From the NCBI GenBank assembly GCA_964549305.1, contig CAZJVM010000049.1, positions 1-17,598 on the forward strand: a stretch of 17,598 nucleotides of DNA, read 5' to 3'. Below the pieces are notes generated by a model. It was not told where the DNA came from, ran no database searches, and was given only the letters and a program-made list of their open reading frames with translations. The translations under genes were made by a program, and so were the position numbers. The stretch's first letter is position 1, and each line of letters starts with the position of its first letter. Source of the DNA: an uncultured bacterium. Its GTDB lineage: Bacteria > Schekmanbacteria > GWA2-38-11 > J061. Of this stretch, positions 9,205 through 16,412 are shown in pieces.

Positions 9205-11418
9205 CTATTTATTATTTTCACCCAAAAAACTCTTTAACAGAGAAAGTATTTCACCGTGAGTCTGTACATTAAAATTCGCGTTTGACTGAACAATTCCAAC
9301 TCTGACGGAATTACCTGATCTCGGCATTACCTTAAAAAGCTCTTCATCGGTCCAGTTATCGCCTGTGGAAAAAATAAAATCATAGTCTTTATCTTTTATC
9401 CAGTGAAGGCAGGCAGTTCCTTTGTTAACACCGGAATTTATTACCGCTATGACCTTATACCCCCTGATTACCTGCACATCGAGGTTTGCCGTAAACTCCA
9501 CAAGATCGTCGAGAAGCTCTTTTGCCCGTATGAGACTCAGCTCGGTATCCGCTTTTCTGTAATAAAGAGACGCTGAATATTCTTTTTCTTCCACAAAGGA
9601 ACCCGGAAGCCTTCCTCCATAGGTTTTAAGAATAGGCACAATCTGTTTTTTCCAGTCGTTTGTAAGCGGTTTTATGACTCTCCACTCGCCGTCAAGTCCC
9701 TTTATCCACGAACCGTTTTCGGCAACAAGGGCTATTTTAAGCTTACCGAACCACTTTTCCAGAAATCGCCTCTCACTGCCGCTTAAAATGACAACCATAT
9801 TCCTGTCATCTTTAACGAGTTTTTTAATCATTTTCAAAAGCGCCCGGGAAGGTTCGACCTTCTGAGGATGACCCGGAAAAGGAACGAGAGTTCCCTCATA
9901 ATCGAGTATAAGCAAACGTCTTTTCGCTTTCCTGTATTTTGAAATGAGACTCTTCTCCGCTCTTGAATTGAGCAGGCGGGCATTGAATTGCCTTTGTTCG
10001 CTTTTAAGGAGAAGTAACTGCTGCATAAAATCTTCCGCCCACCTCATTACGTTATAACGCTTTATTCTTTCCTGCATAACACTGTTTGCCTCAATCTGCT
10101 CTTCAAGGGGCATCTCAAGCGCGGTTTTCACCGCGTCGGCAATCTCTTCAATGTTATTGGGATTGATGATTACAGCCTCACCAAGCTCTTTTGCGGTACC
10201 TGCCATTTCACTTAGGATCAGGACTCCGTCCCCCTTCTTTCTCGACGCGATATATTCCTTGGCAATCAGATTCATTCCGTCCCGCAAAGGCGTTATCATA
10301 GCCACGTCACTTACGCTGTAAAGGGCAACGAGCGAATCAAAGGGCAGTGACCTGTACTGATAAACTATTGGAATCCAGTTCATTCTACCGAACCTTCCGT
10401 TGATTTTTCCCACCATTTCATCTATCTGTTTTTTCATCTGTCTGTACTGGTCAACCCCCGTTCTCGAAGGAACTACAATTATTACAAGGACTACTTTTCT
10501 GTGCCACTGTGGATTATCAACAAGAAATTTCTCGTAGGCAAGAAGGCGATTGATGATTCCCTTTGTATAATCGAGACGGTCAATGGAAAGAACAACTTTC
10601 TGCTTGAAAAGCATTTTATTCAGTTTCTGCCTGCCCTCTTTCACGCTTTTTTCAGACAGGGCATTGTGATACTTGTCATAATCGATTCCCATGGGGAATG
10701 TTTCCGCTTTTATAATCCTGTTGCCATACACAATTTTTCCCATATTGTTCTCGTGGCCCAAAAGACGAAGGACGCATCTCAAAAAGTACTGCGTATAATC
10801 GTGAATATGAAAACCGATAATATCCGCGCCGAGAAGTCCCTCGAGAATCTCCTGCCTCCATTTTCCCGGAAGCAGGCGGAATATTTCAAATGCGGGAAAA
10901 GGAATATGAAGAAAGAAACCGATACTCAATCCGGGAAACTTCTTCCTGAGCATATTCGGCAGAAGCATTAAATGATAATCGTGTATCCAAACTATATCGT
11001 CAGGTTTGATTACCTCCGCCACTGAATCATAGAAAAGCTTATTGACAAGTTTGTAATGTTCCCAGTATTCCTTGTCAAATACCGTATAAGACGGAAAGTA
11101 GTGAAAAAGCGGCCATATGGTATTATTGCAGAAACCGTAATAATATTTATCCATCGACTCTTCGGGAATAAAAACGGGATAAGCGTTTAGCTTGGGAAGT
11201 TCTTTCGTTTTAAGGAGTTTCTTAGTTTTTGCATCGGGCTCTATATCGGGCCAGCCTATCCAAAGATATTCGGGGCCTTTTTTACCTGAACCTTTTATGG
11301 AATCAAGATAAGCGGTAAGCCCCGAAACAAGACCTCCCGGACTCATCCTGAGGTTGAGCTTGTCATCTTTTTTTTCAACTATTACGGGCAACCTGTTTGA
11401 AACAACTATCAGCCTCAT
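9205..11418 (-). CDS. Fused trehalose-6-phosphate synthase (GT20) / trehalose-6-phosphate phosphatase (HAD-IIB) protein; phosphatase motifs degenerate
   Basis: GT20 motifs VSNRLP, GGL, WPLFHY, HDYHL, FLHIPFP, DRLDYTKG, PSR, DGMNL.AKE, LSE. The C-terminal ~240 aa HAD domain has DYEGTL, SGS, AENG, NKG, GDNWTDE. AAGGA lies 10 nt upstream of the ATG. Confidence 0.95.
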   Translation of the reverse strand: MRLIVVSNRLPVIVEKKDDKLNLRMSPGGLVSGLTAYLDSIKGSGKKGPEYLWIGWPDIEPDAKTKKLLKTKELPKLNAYPVFIPEESMDKYYYGFCNNTIWPLFHYFPSYTVFDKEYWEHYKLVNKLFYDSVAEVIKPDDIVWIHDYHLMLLPNMLRKKFPGLSIGFFLHIPFPAFEIFRLLPGKWRQEILEGLLGADIIGFHIHDYTQYFLRCVLRLLGHENNMGKIVYGNRIIKAETFPMGIDYDKYHNALSEKSVKEGRQKLNKMLFKQKVVLSIDRLDYTKGIINRLLAYEKFLVDNPQWHRKVVLVIIVVPSRTGVDQYRQMKKQIDEMVGKINGRFGRMNWIPIVYQYRSLPFDSLVALYSVSDVAMITPLRDGMNLIAKEYIASRKKGDGVLILSEMAGTAKELGEAVIINPNNIEEIADAVKTALEMPLEEQIEANSVMQERIKRYNVMRWAEDFMQQLLLLKSEQRQFNARLLNSRAEKSLISKYRKAKRRLLILDYEGTLVPFPGHPQKVEPSRALLKMIKKLVKDDRNMVVILSGSERRFLEKWFGKLKIALVAENGSWIKGLDGEWRVIKPLTNDWKKQIVPILKTYGGRLPGSFVEEKEYSASLYYRKADTELSLIRAKELLDDLVEFTANLDVQVIRGYKVIAVINSGVNKGTACLHWIKDKDYDFIFSTGDNWTDEELFKVMPRSGNSVRVGIVQSNANFNVQTHGEILSLLKSFLGENNK

Positions 11419-11521
11419 CTTTCACAAATCCTTTTTTTTCTCTCACCAAAGTATTCTGCGTAATGATTACAGGCGGAATATTAACTGATAACAGATAAAT
11501 AAAGCAGTAAAAATATTTTTT

Positions 11522-11551
11522 ATTATACCGATTTTTTGCCTTTCAGGTCAA
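11522..11551 (-). promoter_or_regulatory. sigma70-type promoter of the TPSP-CCC-DASS-pyk operon (TTGACC-N18-TATAAT)
   Basis: Minus strand: TTGACC at 11551-11546 and perfect TATAAT at 11527-11522, about 100 nt upstream of the TPSP start. Confidence 0.7.
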
Positions 11552-11622
11552 AGAATTGTAGGCAATGACCTTTTTAGATTTGTTTATCATCCTTTCCCTT
11601 TCAAATCATCCTTCACTCATAA

Positions 11623-11643
11623 GCGAAAAAAATATTTTTTCGC
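11623..11643. promoter_or_regulatory. Inverted repeat GCGAAAAAA-ATA-TTTTTTCGC, candidate TF site
   Basis: 9-bp perfect arms with a 3-nt spacer between the two divergent promoters, 28 nt upstream of the tldD -35. Confidence 0.45.
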
Positions 11644-11671
11644 ATTATATTCATAACAGGTTACAGATGAG

Positions 11672-11700
11672 TTGACAGAAAAATATCTAACGAATAATAT
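11672..11700 (+). promoter_or_regulatory. sigma70-type promoter of the TldD-like gene (TTGACA-N17-TAATAT)
   Basis: Perfect -35 at 11672-11677, 17-nt spacer, -10 TAATAT at 11695-11700. GGAG SD at 11729-11732 is 8 nt before ATG 11741. Confidence 0.75.
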
Positions 11701-11740
11701 CTATGGACTTAACTTATCAGAAATTAACGGAGAATGAAAA

Positions 11741-13501
11741 ATGAAAAGAAGCATCAAAAAGCTGTCAACAGCCATTATACTGATTAGCATTTCTCTTTTT
11801 ACGGGAGGATGGTTTCAGGCATTGGAAGAAAAAAAGCCGGAAAAGTTAATTAATATAATGAAAGATGAGCTAAACCGTTCTATGGAAGAGCTCAAACTTC
11901 CGGATTTCGAATCACCCTATTTCATCAGCTATCTGCTCAGGGAATCAAAACTTTTTTCAATATCGGCTAAAAACGGAGCGCTCTATTCTAATAATAGCAG
12001 AACCGCGCGCTCCATATACTGCGAAACCCGCGTGGGCGATTACAGTTTTGACAGTTCAAATATTGGAGCACCGGATTACGGATTCACAAACAAATATTCA
12101 TACGGAGGCGGATATGGTTTGATTGCCGCACCGATTGAAGACAACGAAACAGCCCTAAAAACATCTCTCTGGCTGCTCACAGACAGCAAATACAAGCGCG
12201 CTCTTTCTTCCTATCTCAAGAAGAAAAGCGAAAAGATATTCAAGGTTGATGACAAGGACGAAGAAGAACTTGACGATTTCTCAAAGGAAGATCCTGACAT
12301 ATTCATATCAGAAAAAAAAGAACTGTCCTACAATGAGAAAAAGATTGCGAACAACCTTCGTAAGGCAAGCAAAATATTCAACGGCTTTCCCGAAATAAGA
12401 AGCAGTGGTGTCGAGGCGGAAGGCAGAGTGCTTTCCCGCTACTATATAAACTCGGAAGGGCAAAAGGTTTTCACATCCTATCCTCTTTATATGTCCAGCG
12501 TATCAGCGAGTATGATTACGGAAAAAGGGGAAGGGATTTCCAATGCCGACGTCCACTACGATACTGACTCTGACAGCATCTTTGACAGTAAAACACTTGA
12601 AAAAAGCATCTCCAGGGTAGTAGATGAACTCAAAATGCTCAGCGGTGCGAGCAAGATGGACCCCTATGCGGGACCTGCGATACTTTCGCCTAAAGTGACC
12701 GGAGTTTTTTTCCACGAAGCGATAGGACACCGCTTAGAGGGTGAAAGGCAGAGGACGGAAAATGAGGGACAGACATTCAAGGGGAAGACAGGCAAAAAAA
12801 TAATTCCTGATTTTTTATCCGTTGAAGATGACCCTACTTTGAAAAGCTTTCAGGGAATTAACCTTAACGGATTCTATGAATTTGATGATGAAGGCGTACG
12901 CGCCCAAAGAGTTGAACTCATAAAAGGCGGAATATTGAAGAATTTTCTCCTTTCACGCACTCCAATCAAGGGCTTCAACAACTCAAACGGGCACGGCAGG
13001 TCAAGCGCTCAGAGAAAACCGATGGGGCGAATGGCAAATCTAATCGTTAAATCCTCAAAAGAATATTCTGAAGAAGAACTTAAAAAAATGCTCATAGCGG
13101 AAGCAAAGAAGAAGGGAAAAAAATTCGGACTGATAATAAAGGATATAGAAGGCGGAGGCGAAACGAATACGGGAAGACGCTCATTTCAGGCATTCAGAAG
13201 TACACCCAAGTTCGTCTATAAGGTCGATGTGGAAACGGGCAAGGAAGAACTTGTAAGAGGCGTGGAAATTGTGGGTACTCCCATAATCAGCATAAACAGA
13301 ATTATCGCCACGGGAAATGATTATAAAATATTCAACGGTTACTGCGGTGCGGAATCAGGTTCCGTACCTGTGTCAACTGTTGCGCCAAGCGTACTCATAG
13401 AAGAAATAGAGCTTCAGAGAAAACCGATGAAAAAGACGCGTCCGCCGATAATAGGGAAACCGTCAGCGTCGGAAAATATCAATATGGGGAAAAAGGATTA
13501 A
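11741..13501 (+). CDS. TldD/PmbA family zinc metalloprotease (TldD-like catalytic subunit) with N-terminal signal peptide
   Basis: FFHEAIGHRLE (HExxxH, residues 325-330), DDPTL, FDDEGV, SNGHGR, RM.NL, and C-terminal YCGAESG (Cys535). N-terminus MKRSIKKLSTAIILISISLFTGGWFQA resembles a Sec signal. Confidence 0.9.
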   Translation: MKRSIKKLSTAIILISISLFTGGWFQALEEKKPEKLINIMKDELNRSMEELKLPDFESPYFISYLLRESKLFSISAKNGALYSNNSRTARSIYCETRVGDYSFDSSNIGAPDYGFTNKYSYGGGYGLIAAPIEDNETALKTSLWLLTDSKYKRALSSYLKKKSEKIFKVDDKDEEELDDFSKEDPDIFISEKKELSYNEKKIANNLRKASKIFNGFPEIRSSGVEAEGRVLSRYYINSEGQKVFTSYPLYMSSVSASMITEKGEGISNADVHYDTDSDSIFDSKTLEKSISRVVDELKMLSGASKMDPYAGPAILSPKVTGVFFHEAIGHRLEGERQRTENEGQTFKGKTGKKIIPDFLSVEDDPTLKSFQGINLNGFYEFDDEGVRAQRVELIKGGILKNFLLSRTPIKGFNNSNGHGRSSAQRKPMGRMANLIVKSSKEYSEEELKKMLIAEAKKKGKKFGLIIKDIEGGGETNTGRRSFQAFRSTPKFVYKVDVETGKEELVRGVEIVGTPIISINRIIATGNDYKIFNGYCGAESGSVPVSTVAPSVLIEEIELQRKPMKKTRPPIIGKPSASENINMGKKD

Positions 13502-13516
13502 GGAACATTTTTCTCA

Positions 13517-13738
13517 TTATGTATTTACCATAAATTCAACAATAGTATTTTTTTTAAGAAGAGAAGTTATTTTTGAAAGGTCGTCTTCATAAACCTTTAA
13601 TGCTACGCCGCACCTTGATTCGACACCTTTCGGTTTCGGGACAATCATATTTGAAATCTTGTTTTTTTTGAGAAGATCCTCAGCTTTCATAGTGAGGTGA
13701 GTGGAGTCAAAAACAAGAAGTAAAGTTTTTCTTACCAC
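13517..13738 (-). CDS. DUF3343 family small protein (putative Se/S carrier-like)
   Basis: 73 aa with F.STH...KAE..LK...I....P.P......CG.AL pattern typical of DUF3343. GTG start overlaps the upstream stop (GTGGTAA). Confidence 0.8.
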   Translation of the reverse strand: MVRKTLLLVFDSTHLTMKAEDLLKKNKISNMIVPKPKGVESRCGVALKVYEDDLSKITSLLKKNTIVEFMVNT

Positions 13739-15027
13739 AACTTTCTCTCTCTTGCTTCTTTTTCAAGTTCTTCTTTAAAGTCGGGATGAGAAATGTCAAT
13801 AAGGTCTTTTGCCCTTTGCTTCATACTTTTACCGTGAAGATTGACCGTTCCGAATTCCGTCGCGACCCAGTGCACGTCACCTCTCGAGGTTACAACTCCC
13901 GCGCCGGGATCGAGTTTGGGAACTATCCTCGAGACTTTACCTTTCCTTGCAGTTGACGGAAGAGCAATAATGGCTTTACCGTTTTCCGAGCGAGCCGCGC
14001 CCCTTATAAAATCAACCTGCCCGCCTATTCCGCTAAACTGCATCGTTCCCATACTGTCAGCGCAAACCTGCCCCGTAATATCCACCTGTATCGCAGAATT
14101 AATCGCAACCATCTTTTCGTTTTGCGCTATTATAAAAGGGTCATTCGTGTAATCTGAAGGATGAAGCTCGATTAACGGATTGTTGTCCACAAACTTATAT
14201 AGTTTTTCGCTTCCCATAAGAAAACTTGAAACTATTTTTCCCTGATGTATGGATTTCTTTTCGTTATTGATTACTCCGCACTCAACAAGTTCCACTACGC
14301 CGTCTGAAAACATCTCCGTGTGCACGCCAAGATCTTTTTTACCTGTCAGATTAGCGAGAGTCGCGTTAGGTATGCCGCCGATTCCCATCTGAAGAGTAGA
14401 ACCGTCTTCGATAAGCGCGGCAACATTCTTGCCTATTTTTTTGCTTACATCATCCATCCCCGGTTCAGGAAGGGTAAGAAGGGGCGCGGAAGACTCAACC
14501 ACCGCCGCAAGCTTGCTCACGTGGATGAAGCTGTTTCCCAAAGTTCTCGGCACCCTGTCATTCACTTCCGCGATTACAACCGCAGCATTCTCCGCCGCCG
14601 GCTTGACTATGTCAACAGATACGCCGAAGGAGCAGAATCCGTGCGAATCGGGCGGTGATACCTGTATTAGCGCCACATCTATGGGAAGAGCGCCATTTTT
14701 GAAAAGGCGTGGTATTTCAGATAAAAATATAGGCGTAAATTCCGCCCTTCCATCATTGACCGCTTCTCTTACATTTGCGCCCACAAAGAAAGCATTGTGC
14801 CTGAACGCCCCTTCATATTTCGAATCAGTATAATCGGCAATACCCAATGTGAGAAGACTAACGATTTCAACATTTTTAAGGTCTCCCGCGACGACATTGA
14901 GCGCTTTCACCAGTTCCTGCGGTTCGGCACATCCGGAGCCTATTATTATTCTGCTGTTTGATTTAATTAAGCTGACCGCTTTTTCCGGTGTAGTTATTTT
15001 TTCGCGATAGATTACAGGCCATTCCAT
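13732..15027 (-). CDS. Family I CoA-transferase (acetyl-CoA hydrolase/transferase family, 4-hydroxybutyrate CoA-transferase Cat2/AbfT-like)
   Basis: VSPPD.HG.CSFGVS, TLQMGIGGIPNA, LGVHTEMFSDG (catalytic Glu), INSAIQVD.TGQV.ADS, SGIGGQVDF.RGA, SRIVP.L, VATEFG, I.HPDF. Confidence 0.93.
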   Translation of the reverse strand: MEWPVIYREKITTPEKAVSLIKSNSRIIIGSGCAEPQELVKALNVVAGDLKNVEIVSLLTLGIADYTDSKYEGAFRHNAFFVGANVREAVNDGRAEFTPIFLSEIPRLFKNGALPIDVALIQVSPPDSHGFCSFGVSVDIVKPAAENAAVVIAEVNDRVPRTLGNSFIHVSKLAAVVESSAPLLTLPEPGMDDVSKKIGKNVAALIEDGSTLQMGIGGIPNATLANLTGKKDLGVHTEMFSDGVVELVECGVINNEKKSIHQGKIVSSFLMGSEKLYKFVDNNPLIELHPSDYTNDPFIIAQNEKMVAINSAIQVDITGQVCADSMGTMQFSGIGGQVDFIRGAARSENGKAIIALPSTARKGKVSRIVPKLDPGAGVVTSRGDVHWVATEFGTVNLHGKSMKQRAKDLIDISHPDFKEELEKEARERKLW

Positions 15028-16139
15028 TATTTGCCTGCCTCGATTGGGGAATATTCACGGTTAAAAAGTTCGGCGAGAACCTTCATGGTTATTCTTCCCC
15101 TATGTGTATAAGTGCCACCGCCAAGAGACGGCATTTCTTTCAGATACCCTTCTCCCCTTTTCCCAACATCTATAAGATAAGGAAAAAGAGCGTGGCTCAA
15201 TGCCTGCGATGATGCCTTTGCCGCAAGTGAAGGAACATTAGGTACACAGTAATGAATGACTCCCGAATGTTCGAATACGGGATTGCTGAGTGTTGTGGGT
15301 CTGCTTGTTTCCACACATCCTCCCTGGTCGATAGATAAATCAATTGCCACAGAACCCTTCCTCATCGATTTTATCATCTCCTCCGAAACCACAACGGGAC
15401 TCTTCGCGCCTTTAAGATAGACTGCGCCTATGACAACATCAGCATTTTTTATCCACCCGGCAATTGCGTGTGAGCTTGAAAAACCCGTTGCAACCTGTTT
15501 TCCCACTGCCTCCTCCACGAGGCGGAGTTTTTCCACATTCCTGTCAATTATGAGCACTCGCGCTCCCATTGCCGATGCCGTGCGCGCGGCGCTTCTTCCC
15601 ACGCTTCCCGCACCTATGATGAGGAGATTAGCCGGTTCGATTCCCGGCGCGCCTCCAAGCAAAATTCCGCGACCTCCCCTGTTTGTCTGAAGATAGTTTG
15701 CCGCAATCTGCACGCTGAGAGCGCCTGCGATTTCACCTGTTGCCGCCTCGATTATCAGCTCTCCTCTATCGTCTGAAATAACTTCAAAACCGATTGTGGT
15801 TATTTCCCGCTCTATAAGAAGGTCGAGATATTTTTCGCTTGCAACAGCAAGATGCTGAAAGGACATTATGGTGGCTTTTCTTTTTATCATTGAAAGCGCT
15901 TCAAGGGGAACAGGTGTCACAGAAACAATTATTTCCCCGCGTTTGTATATCTCTTCTTCGGTATAGGCAATCTTCGCTCCCTTCAGCTCATAATCCCTGT
16001 CACTGAATCCGCTTGCGATGCCCGCGCCTTTGAGGAAATAAACATCATTGCCTTCTGATACAATGCTCGATACCGCACCGGGAGTAAGGGGAACTCTCAG
16101 GTCTTCGCTTTTTTTGTCATATACAATTGATATATCCAT
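15027..16139 (-). CDS. Alanine dehydrogenase-like protein (AlaDh/PNT family), divergent substrate site
   Basis: RVPLTP, GAG..SGFSD.DY, HLA, EIAG, GGRGILLGG.PG, Rossmann GAGSVG, DLSIDQGGCVETSRPTT, HYCVPN. The canonical KVKEP is replaced by SVTPV. Stop overlaps the next start (TAATG). Confidence 0.88.
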   Translation of the reverse strand: MDISIVYDKKSEDLRVPLTPGAVSSIVSEGNDVYFLKGAGIASGFSDRDYELKGAKIAYTEEEIYKRGEIIVSVTPVPLEALSMIKRKATIMSFQHLAVASEKYLDLLIEREITTIGFEVISDDRGELIIEAATGEIAGALSVQIAANYLQTNRGGRGILLGGAPGIEPANLLIIGAGSVGRSAARTASAMGARVLIIDRNVEKLRLVEEAVGKQVATGFSSSHAIAGWIKNADVVIGAVYLKGAKSPVVVSEEMIKSMRKGSVAIDLSIDQGGCVETSRPTTLSNPVFEHSGVIHYCVPNVPSLAAKASSQALSHALFPYLIDVGKRGEGYLKEMPSLGGGTYTHRGRITMKVLAELFNREYSPIEAGK

Positions 16140-16147
16140 AAGAAAGG

Positions 16148-16176
16148 ATTATAAATGCGGACAACTTTATGGTCAA
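16148..16176 (-). promoter_or_regulatory. sigma70-type promoter of the ald-like operon (TTGACC-N17-TATAAT), probably leaderless
   Basis: TTGACC at 16176-16171, TATAAT at 16153-16148, then only 8 nt (CCTTTCTT) before ATG 16139; no SD. Confidence 0.75.
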
Positions 16177-16412
16177 CAAAAACTAAATTTTTTTTACTGC
16201 CATAAAAGCTATTTTCCCTGAAGCTCACGAAAACAATGAAGAAGTAAAAAAGCGATTACTTCTTTATTTCAAGCATGAATAATTATTTCGTGTTGAAGTA
16301 ATTTTAAAAATACTCTAAACCACTTCTGTTCAAGATATTTTAAAAACAGCTTTTCACCGGGAAGTTCATGAATAACATAAAGTTAATATAAAAAAATAAG
16401 GAGATAGTATAA

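Noticed and set aside
9205-11418. Calling the GT20 gene a pseudogene or glucosylglycerol-phosphate synthase
   Set aside because: The frame is intact at full TPSP length, G6P-binding motifs match OtsA, and the fused HAD-IIB domain is characteristic of TPSP. Acceptor specificity still needs an assay.
11543-11590. Minus-strand 15-aa ORF MINKSKKVIAYNSLT preceded by purine-rich GAAAGGGAAAGG
   Set aside because: Lies upstream of and overlapping the predicted TPSP promoter; no independent promoter or homology evidence.
11703-11744. 13-aa uORF MDLTYQKLTENEK whose TGA overlaps the tldD-like ATG (ATGA)
   Set aside because: Tempting as a leader or substrate peptide, but its ATG is only 2 nt after the -10 box, so it would lie upstream of the predicted TSS, and it has no SD. 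Reconsider only if an upstream TSS is mapped.
11734-11787. Out-of-frame ATG with a 17-aa ORF just before the tldD-like start
   Set aside because: Only 1 nt from the GGAG SD; the spacing fits ATG 11741 instead.
13514-13738. Selenocysteine readthrough in or near the DUF3343 gene
   Set aside because: The conserved residue is a normal Cys codon and the gene ends TAA then TGA. No in-frame UGA or SECIS was seen.
15027-16139. Calling the Ald-like protein a transhydrogenase alpha subunit (PntA)
   Set aside because: No RAQ.MD motif, no pntB neighbour, and it carries the Ald-specific GGRGILLGG.PG, IDQGGC.ETSRPTT and His96.
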